Below, in pieces: positions 31,615-44,334 of a stretch of 64,000 nt of DNA. The DNA lies in contig CAWAUV010000008.1 in assembly GCA_963785305.1 (NCBI GenBank), positions 192,001 through 256,000 of the forward strand, read 5' to 3'. This DNA is from an uncultured Planctomycetaceae bacterium (GTDB taxonomy: Bacteria; Planctomycetota; Planctomycetia; Pirellulales; PALSA-1355). The position numbers and the translations under genes were made by a program. The notes under the pieces were generated by a model, which had not been told where the DNA came from, made no database searches, and worked only from the letters and a program-made list of their open reading frames with translations. The first letter of the stretch is position 1; each line of letters opens with the position of its first letter.

Positions 31615-31688
31615 GTTAGGCAATCCTGGAACACACGGGACCGACACCGCGCCGAGCCACATGGCCAGCCGCCACGCGTCTCGGTGGA

Positions 31689-32537
31689 CTATTTCCGGGG
31701 ACTTGTTTCGCTGCTCGTTTCGCCGGTTGTTTCGCTAGCCGCGCTCGGGCCTGAAGGCGCCGCGCCGGAGGGCGCTGGAACTGCATCCACGCCGCCCGGC
31801 GCGGGAATCGCGTCCGAGGTCATCGACGCCGGAAGCATATCGGCATCGGCGCTCGCCGCGTCGGTCCCAGTTCCGCCATCGGCTTTGAACAGGGTCGCTT
31901 TGAGCATCGGCGCGGCATCGCGAATAAAGGCGTGGGCTCGGTTCTGCTCGGCGGTCATGTTTCCCGAATCGGCCACGGGCACGATCACATACATCTTAAA
32001 CACGCCCCACTGCCCGCCAAAGGTCCATTTGATGCTTTCGGGCGACGCCCATTTGCCGTCGGCCGAGTAACCCCAGTAGACACGGAGGGTCGTCGTGCCG
32101 CCTTTTTCATCGAACTTGCGATAAGTATTCACGGAAAACTCGGCGATCCCCGCCGGCGTGTCGATCTTTTCGATGACCGGCGAGCCGAGCGCCTGGAAGC
32201 CCACCGAAGGGTAGCAATGTTCGGGAGTGTGGTTGCAAATCTGGCCCGGGCGCCCGAAGAGGAGGAACATGGACAGCGATTCTTTTTTCGCGTCGCGATA
32301 GATGCGCGTAATACTGTCGATCGCGCCGGCGGTCTTAAGAATTTTCGGATCTTGCTCTTCACCGACTTCTCCACTCCATTCGCCGAATCGGAAGGGCACG
32401 CGTTCCACGCGACCCGCCATATTGCCGAGGTCGTCGTGCGTGGTCCAGCGCTCGGACCAGCGGCCCTGTACATAGGTCACGACTCCGAGCAGCAGGAGCC
32501 CGGCGATAATCGGCGCTTGGGTTTTAAATTTCATCAT
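31689..32537 (-). CDS. exosortase-associated EpsI-family protein
   Basis: N-terminal TM segment, VP-RFGEWSG, HTPEHCYPSVGF, VYWGYS; same strand and adjacent to wzc and the exosortase. Confidence 0.78.
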   Translation of the reverse strand: MMKFKTQAPIIAGLLLLGVVTYVQGRWSERWTTHDDLGNMAGRVERVPFRFGEWSGEVGEEQDPKILKTAGAIDSITRIYRDAKKESLSMFLLFGRPGQICNHTPEHCYPSVGFQALGSPVIEKIDTPAGIAEFSVNTYRKFDEKGGTTTLRVYWGYSADGKWASPESIKWTFGGQWGVFKMYVIVPVADSGNMTAEQNRAHAFIRDAAPMLKATLFKADGGTGTDAASADADMLPASMTSDAIPAPGGVDAVPAPSGAAPSGPSAASETTGETSSETSPRK

Positions 32538-32676
32538 GATCTTTTTGGGGCGAATTCAAGAAAATGGGGCGCTGCCGACAATGAGGCGCCGCGGACAATT
32601 TGGAGAAATGCGATACAAATGAACTCGATAACCGGCGGACCTCGGCGCCGGAGCATCGCTCCGATGACGAGTTCGT

Positions 32677-34958
32677 TTAATTGTCTTCGAGCAAAGGCGA
32701 TTCCATAGGGTGCGAGGAGCCGATGTTCTCGTCCACGCCGTTGACCACCGCGCCCAAGACGTTGATACCCACGCTGCGTAGGCGTTCCGAGGCCTCGAAC
32801 ACGCGGGGCACCTGGGTCACATCGCGAAGCACGGAGAGGATCGTCGTGTCGACATGTTGTCCCAAGAGGAGCGGGTCGGCCACCTTGAGCACCGGGGCCG
32901 AGTCGATGATGACGAACTCGAAGTGATCGCGCCAAGCGGCGGCGGCCTGGGCGAGCGCTTCGCCCGAAAGCGCTTGCACGCTGCGAACATCGGACCGACC
33001 GGCCGGAAGCACCCATAGATTGGCGCTGCGAGTCGGATGCACGGCGGCTTCGCCATCGATCTGGCCGCGGAGCAGTTCGCACAAGCCAGGCTCTTGGGGA
33101 AGTTCGAACACGCGATGGGCCGCGGGGTTTCGCAGGTCGCCATCGACGAGCAGCGTTCGGCGTCCGCAGCGGGCCAAACTGGCGGCCAACTGGCTGGCCA
33201 CCGTGGTCTTGCCTTCGCGCGAGTCAGCGCTGGTCACGAGCACCACGCGCGGCGAGTCGACGAGCGTGGTGTGAATGAGCGTGGCGCGAATGCTGTCGAC
33301 CGACTCGGCGAGCAGCCCATGCAGCCGGCTTTGGCCGCCCTTGGAATCTTTCATTTTCCGCCACAGGCGGCCAGACATTTGCGGCAGCCGACCGAGCACC
33401 TGCAAGCCGAGGCCCTCTTGCATTTCGCGGGGCGAATTCAGGCGGCGCGATTGGAATTCCAGGAAAGCCACGCCTCCCAAGGCGGCGCCGAAGCCGAAAA
33501 CGCCGGCGCAGGCCACGCCCAGCATCTTGCGAGCGGAGTCGGAACTCGAGGGCGCGATCGCATTTTCGATCAGCGTGATTCGCTGCGGGGCGAACAACTC
33601 GATTTCCTTCTGCTTGAGATCGTAGCCCATTTGTCGCGTGAGCGACTGGATTTCTTCCAGTTCCGAGCGACGTGTTTCGAGATCGGCCGAGAATTGTTCG
33701 AGCTTCTGCACTTCCTCGAACTGCTTGCCAATGGCGAGGGTCGACTCCTCGCTCATCGCCATCTGGGCCTGCCGCTCGATTTCAAGCAGCGGTAGCGAGA
33801 GCGGCGAGCCTTCGTGGCTGCCGGGCATGGAGGTGAACTGCTCGATCAGCGAAGGTCGGAGGTCGGCCTTGCGTTCGTCGATTTCGTCGACGAGCGCCTC
33901 GATCCGACTTTTAAGCCGCACAAGCCGGGATAGTGCTTATTGGTGACGTTGCGCTTCGCCGGCCACCAATTCGCGGAGCAGCATCAGCCGCTGGGTGAGT
34001 TGCGCGATGTGGGGATCGCGGTTGAATTCGGACTCCAGCATATAGTCTGGAATCTTGATATCCTTGCTGCTCTCGATCCGTTTCTTGACGAGCAGGATTT
34101 TGAGATCGAGGTCGCGAATCCGCTCTTCGATCGCGTTGCGCTGATGAATCAGAAGTTGCAAATGCTCGAGCGCCAAGTGCCGCTTGAGCTGGGCGGTTTC
34201 GCTGCTGCTGGTGCCGAGCTGCTTGGCCAATAGATACAGCGAACTGAGCTTGGCGCGAATTTCCTCGCGATTCTTCTGATAGCTTTGTTCGAGCGTGTCG
34301 TGGCTGCGCAGCTTTTCTTGACGCTCGGCGTCGACCACTTCGGTCATGTATGCGTCTTTGACGGCATTGACGATCTTGACGAGCTCGTCGGGATGCTCGC
34401 CGCGCATCGACACCTTCATGATTTCCGCGTCGTGCGGAAAGTCGACCGCGATCGAGCGCTCGAGCACTCCAACCGGATCGTCGTTCAACTGCGCCAACAT
34501 CGGCAATCGCGAAATCTCGGCGTTGCGAAGCGTGGCCGTGAGCACGAAGTGGCTCTTGAGCAGCGCGGCCTGGGTGCGTTTGTAAGTGTTGAAATCAATT
34601 TCGCCACCGCTGCTTTCAAAGAACTTTTCCTGCCGAGCCGCCACGCGCAGCGGCGCCGAGACTTCATACCGCACCGGAACCGTGAACCACACCAGCGCCG
34701 CCCCCGCCGACGCGAGCACGAGCCCCAGGCCCAAGGCTTGCAACCAGCGGCGCCGCAACGAGTGGTACAATTCGACAGGAGTCGCCGAGGCGGTCAGAAT
34801 CGCCGGCCGCGACTGCGATGGGGTGATCCAATCGGCGCTCGGCGCCGCCACGAGCGCGCGAGTCGCCACGGGCGCGACGCCCCGCCGCGTCCGACGGCGC
34901 TGTCGGCGCCCGTGTCGCTCGAAGAGGGCTCGAAAGGGAACGATTCGGTGTCACTCAT
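32677..34958 (-). CDS. polysaccharide co-polymerase / BY-kinase (Wzc-like); frameshifted
   Basis: N-terminal LRRRW plus TM segment, periplasmic coiled coil, second TM segment, then Walker A SADSREGKTT, A' LLVDGDLR and B IIDSAP. Confidence 0.85.
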
Positions 34959-35222
34959 ACCACACAGGCCCCAGGGTTCCACGTAATCCGTTTACTCGCG
35001 CCAAAAGCACTTCGCCCCATGTTTCGGTTCGACGAATCCCGAACCCCGCTTCCTGCAAGGCAACCGCTGGGCCAACTCGCTTCGCAAACTTCCGCGTCGT
35101 CCGAAGTCCCTGGCTCGACGCGAGTTGCTTGATCTGGTTCCATGCCGTTTCCCGTCCGTTGGTTGGCAAAAAAAGACATTTCCGCAAGCGAATGTCGACT
35201 TTCGGCAACAGTCGCGTTTGTT

Positions 35223-36493
35223 TCATGCTCGCGGGCCCCAATTCTTTGGCCGCGATAGCCGTCTGGTTTGGCCCGTTGTCAACCTCGCGCTCACCGGCTC
35301 GCGCTCGCGCCGCGGGGCGACGAAGTCGGGCGCCGTAAGCTCGACATCTTCGACCTCGATAAAGAGATTCGCCAGGATTCGTGATTCGATATACAGCAGC
35401 AGCAAGGCGGCCGGCATCATGAAATAGCCGGCCCAGTCGTGGAAAAAATGATCGGCGAAGTCTTGGGAAACAGCGAGCCCCAAAAACGAAAACCCGCTTT
35501 CGGCCAAATGCTTCATCACGCCGGTGATGGTAATGCGAATCACATTGACGCTCAGCGCAATCGGCGCCGCGCTCGCCACGATCGCCAACCGCTCCCAAAG
35601 CGGCCGTTCCATGAAAACCGCGATCACGGCCGACACCGCAAGAAAAATCGTGAGCATTCGCAAGCCGCTGCACTGCTCGGCCACGTTCATGGGCACGGTG
35701 CCGGCGCCGATCCAAATCTGATTCCCTTCACGCACGATCGGCAGTCCGACGGTTTCGAGCAGATACACGCTCGATGACGTGGCCCATTGCTGGAGCGGCT
35801 CCATCGACGCGCACCGCGCGAATTCGGGCAGGGGAAATAGCAGCAACAAGATCGCCACGGCAGGCCAACTCCAACGGAGCCCCTGCCAGCCGTACATGAT
35901 CAAGAACACGCCGGCGATCGAAACCACGAATCCATAATTGCTCGGCCAAGTCGCCGAATGCCACGTACACCAAAGCCGCACGGCGCTTGCCAGGGCCACA
36001 AGCCCGACACCCCACCACCGCCCGGTGACGTTCCGCGGCAGATCGAAATCGGGGCGGGCCAGCAGCATGCCGCCCGACACCCCGGCGCAAATCCCGGCCA
36101 GCAGCATGTAAGAATCGACCGGGCCTGCCTCGATGCCCAATTGGCGAGGCCGAGCAGCAACGCCGAAACCGAGAGCAGCGCCATGCCCGCGTAGTCGAGC
36201 TTGGAAGAGATTTGAGACGGGGCCTGGGAAGCGGCGGCGGGAACGTCGGCCGCGCTCTTCGCCGAAGTCGCGCCGGCATTCGGGTCCCACTGGCCAGTCA
36301 GGCGGCGATGGCCAAGCAGCAGCAGGGCAAAGAACGGAATCAAGTAGCCGTGAGAATATTCGGGGCTTTCCCAGATCGATCCGAGGAAGCTGATGTCGTT
36401 CCAGTGCGCGATAATCAGCGCGAGAACCAGCACGATGCACCATCCCAAGAACCGTTGGGAAGGTTGCCGCACGACTTTGGATTGCTGCGCCAT
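35223..36493 (-). CDS. exosortase/archaeosortase-family transpeptidase; frameshifted near 36120
   Basis: YSHGYLIP in the N-terminal ORF; REGN, VAEQCSGLRML, NVIRI and FFHD carry the Cys/Arg/His catalytic set. Confidence 0.85.
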
Positions 36494-37337
36494 TTTGCGT
36501 TTTCCAGGAGCACTGGGGATGTCGGGTCGAGTCAGTGGCGTCTCATCAACCGGGGGGCGTCTAAAAATCACGCGGCGCCGTTCAGCTTCGTTGCGGCGCT
36601 ATCAAATAACAAGATGCCAAATGGCGAGCATTTCCAGCACGCGATCGCTTGCGTATCAGCTATAAGACGGGTGATGGGGAGGCAGCGCTTCTTGGTAAAA
36701 GGCGCCCGCTGAATCGTTTCGATCGATGGGGTCACTCGACCTCGGACGCGAATCGGTCTGGCCAGGATGTTCCCAGGAAACATGCCACGCGTCGGGGGCC
36801 TATAGGCGGAATGAAGCCGCCCTCATTGGCGGCGAAGCCGATGGCCACACGGTCGCATCGCGTAACATCCAAAATAGACACGGCCGAGAGAACTGTCAAA
36901 CATTCAGCCGTTTCAAAATCAAATTCTCATCAATGCTGGCGCTCGCGCCAACCGGCGCGGCCGGCATCGTTCGCAATTCTTGCCTCGCTTGACTTTTTTG
37001 AGCTCCGCCGAGGGGGGGCGAGCGAGAATCCCCTTCTTTGGGCGCAGTGTGACAGCCGCGCCCGTCCAGAGCATTGCCGGAGGTCGAACCGACGCGATAT
37101 CGGCCGCAAGGCATTCAAAAGAAATCACTTATCGTGGATGGACCGCCCGCGATTCCGCAGCCCGGGCGGTGGCCGCCGAGTCAGCGAATCCAGCGGCGCG
37201 GCGAGATTCAGGCCAAAGATTCGCGGCGGTTTTGCCGATGACTATGCCAGTTCCAAATGCGCGGATTGGGTTGACTTTGCGGGCAGCGCTACCCCGATAT
37301 TGCAAAGCAAAGTCGCTTTAAGGCAAACCTGTTGAGC

Positions 37338-38427
37338 ATGCACGGCACTATCCCTCGTCGTTACCACGCGATTCTCGCGGCGCTGCTTGCAGCCATCGCG
37401 CTGGTCGTTGGTTGCCAACGCATGACCTTGCGCGGCCAGCAGCCCACGATCGCGGGTTATCCCTATGCCGGGCAAGGGGTTCAGGAGTGGGCGCGAAGCG
37501 TGCCCACGGAAAAAGACAAAACGACGCTGCCGACCTACATGATCGAGCCGCCTGACATTCTGTTGATCGATGCGGTGAAGGTGATTCCGAAGTCGCCCTA
37601 CCACATCGAGCCGCTCGATTTGTTGCAAATCATTGTCGTGGGCACTCTGGCCGACCAGCCGATCACCGGCCAGTTTCCAGTGGATCCGAGCGGCGAGGTC
37701 GAGCTCGGGCCCACCTATCGGCTCGGTGCGCGTGGCCAAGCTCACGGTCGACGAGGCCCAGGCGGCGATCGACAAGCATCTGCGTCGCATTTTGCGAAAT
37801 CCCGAAGTTTCCGTCACGCTCTCGCAATCGTCGGGACAGCAAGAAATCGCGGGCGAACATTTGGTCGGACCCGACGGCTCGGTGAACCTCGGCTCCTACG
37901 GTTCGGTGTATGTGTCGGGCATGACGCTCGACGAAGCCCAGGCCGCGATCATCAGGCGGCTGGAGGATTTCTTGGAAGATCCGAAGATCGCCATTGATGT
38001 GCTGGCCTACAACAGCAAGGTCTTCTACATCATCACCGAAGGCGCCGGCCTAGGCGATAGCGTGGTGCGCGTGCCGGCCACGGGCAATGAAACCGTGCTC
38101 GACGCGGTCGCCCAGATCAATGGGCTCAGCCGTCTGTCGAGCAAGGATGTGTGGATTGCGCGGCCGGCGCCCGGCGGCATCGGCTGCGATCAGATACTGC
38201 CGGTCAATTGGCGCGAGATCGTGTCGGGCGGCGCCACGGCCACGAACTATCAGGTGCTACCGGGCGATCGCGTGTTTATCGCCGAAAACAAATGGGTGCA
38301 TTTCGACACGGTGGTGGCGACGATCCTCCAACCGGTCAATCAGATGTTCGGCACGGCGGCACTGGGTATAAACAAGGCGCAGGCGGTAAGGCGCTTTCCC
38401 AACGGCTATGCCGGCGGTATTCCTTGA
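37338..38427 (+). CDS. polysaccharide export lipoprotein (Wza/Poly_export family); frameshift near 37720
   Basis: Lipobox LVVGC; PTYMIEPPDILLID; duplicated V-P-G-V-LG--YGSV-V units; VDVLAYNSK-like DVLAYNSK, TGNETVLDA, NYQVLPGDRVFI. Confidence 0.82.
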
Positions 38428-38474
38428 TGTTTCGCTTGAGCGCGGCGTGAGGCGCCGCCGCCGCGCACGGCTAA

Positions 38475-38545
38475 GAGCCTATCCGAGAACTTCGGCGAGC
38501 CCTCGACCTACCCACTCCGATCCGGGGAATGGGCAGTTGTCGGCT
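38475..38545 (+). repeat. degenerate copy of the MITE-like element at 47671
   Basis: TAA-GAGCCTATCCGA...TTCGGCGAGCCCTCGACCTACCC is nearly identical to 47668-47709. Confidence 0.65.
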
Positions 38546-38665
38546 TGCCCGGCTCATCGTCGGGGTTCTACAATAGCGGTGTGCTGCTTGGTTTGAGCGA
38601 GTTGGTCGCGGTGGCGCCAGCAAGTTTTGTCTTGGGCGGTCTCTTTTTCGAGGAGAACATGAACC

Positions 38666-39053
38666 ATGGACGCGAAACGGATCGTGGCAACGCTCGCGGG
38701 CGGCTTGATGGCGGTCGGCCTGGCATCCTCCGTCGGCGCCGCGGGCTCAGGGCCCTGATTTCGGCCCGAGCAACGAACGGCCGGCGGTGAGTCCGTATTT
38801 GAATCTGCTCGACCAGGGCTACGCACTGTCGGGTATCTCGCCCTATCAAACCCTGGTCCGGCCGATGGTCGAGCAAAACGAAGCGACAACCCAGCAGCAG
38901 GCGCAAATTCAGCAATTGCAGCGCTCGCAGCGCGCCGGCGCGGGCTACGGCAGCCTGCGGGGCACGGGCGGCGCGGTGCGGGCCACCGGCCACGCCACCC
39001 GCTTCTTCAACTATTCGCACTACTACGCGCTGCGCGCGACGAACGCGCGGTGA
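38666..39053 (+). CDS. small secreted hypothetical protein; frameshift near 38745
   Basis: GAGGAG RBS; signal peptide MDAKRIVATLAGGLMAVGLASS; continues as RPAVSPYLNLL...YQTLVRP...TGHATRFFNYSHYY. Confidence 0.6.
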
Positions 39054-39300
39054 AACAAACGCGCGTCCATTCGGCTCGTTGCTTTAGGGCGATTGCCGAC
39101 ATTGGTAGCTCGACCGCTCCAGGTGTGCTATTCTCTCGGGCACGCCCGTGCGCAACCGTTGTGTTGTTTGCTTGCCGCATCGCTTGCCCGACGGGGTCAT
39201 CCGGCCACGATCTCGCGGCCAGTTGCGCTGGATCGGGCGAGGCGGAATCTTCGTTTCGTGGCGATTCTTTTCCGTTGTATCGCGTGGGGAGAGGGATTAC

Positions 39301-40706
39301 ATGATAGCCGCGGCCTTGCCGTCCGAACCTCCGCCGCGCTCCGCGCCGCCGCTGCCCCTGGGGTTGAACATCAAACTTTCGGTGATGATGTTCTTGCAAT
39401 ATGCGATTTGGGGCGCTTGGCTCCCGCTGTTCTTCACCTTCGTCACGAAGCATCGCCATCTCGCTCCCGCCCAGGCGGGAACGCTTTTTTCCATCGCCGC
39501 CGTCGGCGCCCTCTTGGCGCCGTTTCTGGCCGGGCAACTCGCCGACCGCTTTCTCAACACGGAAAAGTTCCTCGGGCTCAGTCACTTGGTCGGCGCGGGA
39601 CTTGTCTGGGGACTGGGGTCGGCCGAAAGTTATGCGGGGCTCGTGGCCTACGGGCTCGCGTATTCCGTGGCCTTCGCCCCGACGCTCTCGCTCACGAATT
39701 CCCTCGCCTTTCATCATCTACCCGACCGCGATCGCGACTTCGGTCGGGTGCGACTCTGGGGCACCATCGGTTGGATCGCCGTCGGCATCGGCATGGGGCA
39801 GTACCTGCTCCACTACCACACGCCCGAGGGATCGAAGGAGACGCAAGTTCTGGCGCAAGCGGCCGGCATGGGCGAAGCCTTTCGATTGGCCGCGTTGCTG
39901 AGCGTGGCGCTCGGGCTGTTTTGCTTTTTTCTGCCGGCCACCCCGCCGCAAAAGGGCGAATCGAAATTCGCCACAGGCGAAGCGATGCGCGAGGTGGTGC
40001 GACAGCCGCTGCTCGCGCTCTTTCTCATCGCGTTTCCGATCGGCGTCATCCACGACTATTACTATGTGCTCACCGCCGACTTCCTCGGCAGTCTCGAAAG
40101 TTCCGGCTCGGCCACGGCGGTCGCTTGGGAGCGAGCAATCAATAGCGTGTTCGGCGTCGGCGGCGTCGGGCTCATGACCCTGGGCCAGATCGCCGAGATC
40201 GCGGTGCTGGGCGCCATGCCGCTCGTGGCCAAGCGACTTTCGCGCAAGACACTGCTTTCCATCGGCGTGGCGGCTTATGCCGTGCGGTTCGCTGTCTTCG
40301 CCTACTGGCCGACGCTGCCGGCGCTTGTGCCCGCCCTGATGTTGCATGGCCTGTGCTTCGGCTGTTTCTATTTCATCGCCTTCATGGTCGTCGATGAAAA
40401 CACGACGCACGATGTGCGGGCCAGCGCGAAACGCTCTTCAATTTCCTTGAAATTGGTGTCGGCACGATTATCGGTCACTATGTCTCCGGCTGGATGGCGA
40501 ACCGCGCGAAAATGCCCGATGGCCACACCGACTATGGCTTCGTGTTCGGCGTGCCGATGTGGGTCGCCATCGGCTGTTTCGTGGCGATGCTGCTCTTCTA
40601 TCCAAGCACGCCTCGCCCGATGGCAGCATCGTCGCGCTTGATCGCGCGATGCGGCGCCCCTCGCATCGCGAGCGCCGCCGCTCGTGCTTTGTCACGGCTG
40701 CAATGA
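39301..40706 (+). CDS. nucleoside:H+ symporter-family MFS permease (NupG/XapB-like); frameshift near 40430
   Basis: LSVMMFLQYAIWGAW, GQLADRF, RVRLWGTIGWI, MTLGQIAEI, LHGLCFG. Confidence 0.87.
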
Positions 40707-40725
40707 TGGATTGGATTCGTTCCGC

Positions 40726-40810
40726 GTGTCATGCCCACGGCTCCGCGTGGGCATGAGGACTTCGCGTGGCGCTTGAAAACATGCCCACTCAAGGCAGTGG
40801 GCATGGCACA
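40726..40810. repeat. REP-like palindrome pair (family B) between convergent genes
   Basis: GTGTCATGCCCACGGCTCCGCGTGGGCATG and CATGCCCACTCAAGGCAGTGGGCATGGCAC: two hairpins with CATGCCCAC/GTGGGCATG arms, in inverted orientation. Confidence 0.65.
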
Positions 40811-40852
40811 CGCGCAAACCGAATTATCCATCATTTCAGCCGTGAACGAGCA

Positions 40853-43800
40853 CTAGTGAAAATCACGCGATCGAGCCGCCAGTTCCGGCAGCAGGGCCGA
40901 AAGGTCTTCGAGCCGACTCGCCAGCACATGAATCACTTGCTCCGCGATTTGCAGCCTGCCGGTGGCGAGCAGCACCGCGGCGCCGCGGGCAGCGCGGTAA
41001 TCACGCCGCCAAACCTCGGGCCGCACAATCAAGTTGATCGCTCCGGTTTCGTCTTCCAATGTGACGAACGTAATGCCCCGCGCCGTGCTGGGCCGTTGCC
41101 GAAGCAGCACGACGCCGGCCACTTTCACCAGCCGGCCCGAACGCAAACTTTCCAGCCGTTCGCCGGGCGTCACATCCATCGCATCGAGCGCTGCCCGGTG
41201 AAATGAGATCGGGTGCGGGCGGAGCGAAAGACCGGTCGTGCGATAGTCGGCCAGCACCTCTTGTTCCGCGGGCATCGTGGGCAATCCGGCCAGCGGATCG
41301 TCTTCGGCCGCGAGAACATCGAACAGCGGTCGCGGGGCGGCGGAGCGCGACCGCGGCTCTTGGCCAAGCGCTTGCCAGAGCGACTGGCGCCGATCGAGCC
41401 CCAGCGAACCGCAAGCGTCGGCCCGGGCGAGCCGCGCGAGCACCGCGCGGCCGAGTCGCGCGCGCCGAGCCAAGTCGTCGAGCGAACGCAGCGGCCCCGC
41501 GCGGCGAGCGCGAACAATCGCCCGCGAGTCTTCTTCGGCCAAGCCGCTCGCGAGCCGCAGTCCCAAGCGGAGCGCGACGCCGCCGGCCGAATCGTCGGGC
41601 TCGAGCGTGCAGTCCCAATCGCTCTGGTTCACGTCGATCGGCCGAATCTCGACGCCATGTTCGCGCGCATTGCGAATCAATTGGGCCGGAGCATAAAACC
41701 CCATCGGCTGGCTGTTGATGAGCGCCGCCGCGAACGCCGCCGGATAATGACACTTGAGCCAAGCCGACACATACACCAAGAGGGCGAAGCTCGCGGCGTG
41801 CGACTCGGGAAAGCCATATTCGCCAAAACCGCGAATCTGCATGAACGCTTGCTCGGCGAATTCTTGGCTCAGGCCCCGGGCCAACATGCCGGCGAACATC
41901 CGCTGGCGAAACTGCTCGATCACTCCGGTGCGCCGCCAAGCGCCCATCGCGCGGCGCAAGGCATCGGCCTCGCCGGGCGTGAATCCGGCGGCCACCACCG
42001 CCAGCCGCATGGCTTGCTCCTGAAACAGCGGCACTCCGAGAGTCTTGGCCAGCACCTCGCGCACGGCGTCGTTGGGGTAGCTGGCGGCCTCGGCTCCCGA
42101 GCGACGACGCAAATAGGGATGCACCATGTTGCCCTGGATCGGCCCGGGCCGCACGATCGCCACCTCGATCACGAGGTCGTAAAACTCGCGCGGACGGAGC
42201 CGCGGCAACATGCTCATTTGGGCGCGGCTTTCGATCTGAAACACGCCCATCGTGTCGGCCGCGCAAATCATGTCGTACACCGCCGGGTCTTCCGCTGGCA
42301 CGGTGGCTAGCGAAAGCGGCCGGCCATGCGCCTGTTCGACGAGCTCGAAGCATTTGCGAATCGCCGTGAGCATGCCGAGCGATAGGCAATCGACCTTGAG
42401 AATGCCGAGCTCGTCGAGATCGTCCTTGTCCCATTCGACCACGGTGCGGTCGGGCATCGCCGCGTTTTCGATCGGCATGAGCTCGCAGAGGGGGCCGCGC
42501 GTGATCACCATGCCGCCGACATGTTGCCCCAAGTGACGCGGAAAGCCGAGCAGTTCATGCACCAGCCCCAACAGCCTCCGGCCGAGCGACGACTCGGGTT
42601 CGAGCCCCGACTCGCGGAGCCGAAGCTCGAGGTCGCCGCTGCCATCGAGCGTCTTGGCCAGGGCGTCGATCCGGTCGAGCGACAGGCCGAGCGCCTTGCC
42701 CACATCGCGCACCGCCGAGCGAGTGCGATAGGTAATGACCTCGGCGGTGATGCCGGCCCGATCGCGGCCGTATTTGTCGTAGATGTATTGCAGCACCTCT
42801 TCGCGCCGCTCGTGTTCGAAGTCGACATCGATATCCGGCGCTTCGTCGCGCTCGCGGCTCACGAATCGCTCGAAGAGCATATCCATTCGCTCGGGATCCA
42901 CGCTCGTGACGCCCAGGCAATAACACACCGCGGAGTTGGCCGCCGAGCCGCGCCCCTGGCAGAGAATGCCGCGAGCGCGGGCAAATCGCACCAGATCGTG
43001 GACGGTGAGGAAATACGCTTCGTAGCGCAAGTCGGCGATCAGCGCCAGCTCGTGCTCGATGAGCCCTTGGACTTTGGCCGGAACGCCCGCCGGATACCGC
43101 CGCGCGGCGCCTTGCCAAGTGAGCCGACGGAGATAGTCGAGTGGCGTTTCGCCCGGCGGGGCGAGCTCCTCGGGATATTCATAGCGCAGTTCGTCGAGCG
43201 AGAAATGGATTTGGGCGGCGATGTCGAGCGAATGAGCCAGCGCCTCGGCGCGCGGGCAAATCGCCGCGCCATCTCGGCGGGCGACTTCAAATATCGCTCG
43301 CCGTTGGGAAAGAGCGCCGCGCCCACGGTGTCGATCGTTTGGCCGAGTCGAATGGCCGTGAGCGTGTCTTGCAGCGGCAGACGCGCGCGGCAGTGGTAAT
43401 GCACATCGCCAGCGGCCACGAGCGGCATGTTGACGCGGCGAGCCAGCGCCGTGAAGCGATCGAGACGACTGGCGTCGCTTGGCCCGAGCGAGATCTCGGC
43501 CACGAGATAGCAGCCAGCGCCGAAAATCTCGCGGTAGCGACCCAGGGCCTCGAGCTGCGCGGGGCTTTCCGGGTCGGGATCGGCCAGGAGCGCGCCGGCC
43601 AGCAGCCCCTCGGAGGCCGACGCCAGATCGGCCACTTCCAGGTGGAATTGACCCTTGGGCGCCCGGCGTCGTCCGAGCGTGATCAGCCGCGCGAGCCGGC
43701 CATAGGCGGCACGGTCCTTGGGCCATGCTAGCAGCGGCGGAGCCTCGCGGGGCGTGAGCTCGGCGCCGATCACGAGCGGGAGTCCCACCTGTTTGGCGGC

Positions 43801-44094
43801 GCCATGCGCCCGCACCACTCCGGCCAAGCTATTGCGATCCGTGATGGCTAAAGCCCGATAGCCGAGCTCCGCGGCCCGAGCGACCAACTCATCGGGATGC
43901 GAAGCGCCTTCGAGAAAACTGAAATTGGTTTTGCAGTGGAGCTCGGCGTAGGAGGGCGTGGTTTTAACGGGGCAATTCGCGGAGCAAAGGGTCGCCTCGC
44001 TCGCCGCCGGGTTATTAAGCTCGGGTTGAATCGGCTGGGGCCGCAGTCGGGGAACCAGCGGCGGACGTTTTTTGGAAGGAGGCAATTCGGGCAT
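40853..44094 (-). CDS. dnaE2: error-prone DNA polymerase DnaE2 (ImuC); frameshift near 43240
   Basis: YAELHCKTNFSFLEGASHPDEL, CQGRGSAANSAVCY, PDIDVDFEHERREE, GFPRHLGQHVGG, YGFPESHAASF, RQRPSTARG, terminal RSRDFH. Confidence 0.93.
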
Positions 44095-44162
44095 GGCAAA
44101 CCTCTCTCAAGACGCCGACGACGATGCGCGGGGAGTAGGCAGCGGCTCGGGCCGCGGGATAT

Positions 44163-44178
44163 GTGTACATTTATACAC
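44163..44178. promoter_or_regulatory. putative LexA/SOS-type operator upstream of dnaE2
   Basis: AT-rich palindrome GTGTA-CATTTA-TACAC about 70 bp upstream of the dnaE2 ATG. Confidence 0.6.
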
Positions 44179-44334
44179 TTATCCCGCCATTCTAGTGGCC
44201 GGGCGCCAGCAATGCTAGCGGCGTCAAACTCGGAGTGATCGTTAAAGTCTTCCTGGCTTGCCGTCGATTCTAAGGAACGACTGTCGCGCTCTCTTTATCG
44301 AGAGCGTCAACGCGGGTCGGACCACGTTTTCACC

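Noticed and set aside
36570..37335. Riboswitch (e.g. c-di-GMP) in the long exosortase-wza intergenic region
   Set aside because: Only a GACTTTGC/GCAAAGTC inverted repeat (about 37273-37314) is visible; no aptamer consensus can be recognised by eye, and an Rfam scan would be needed
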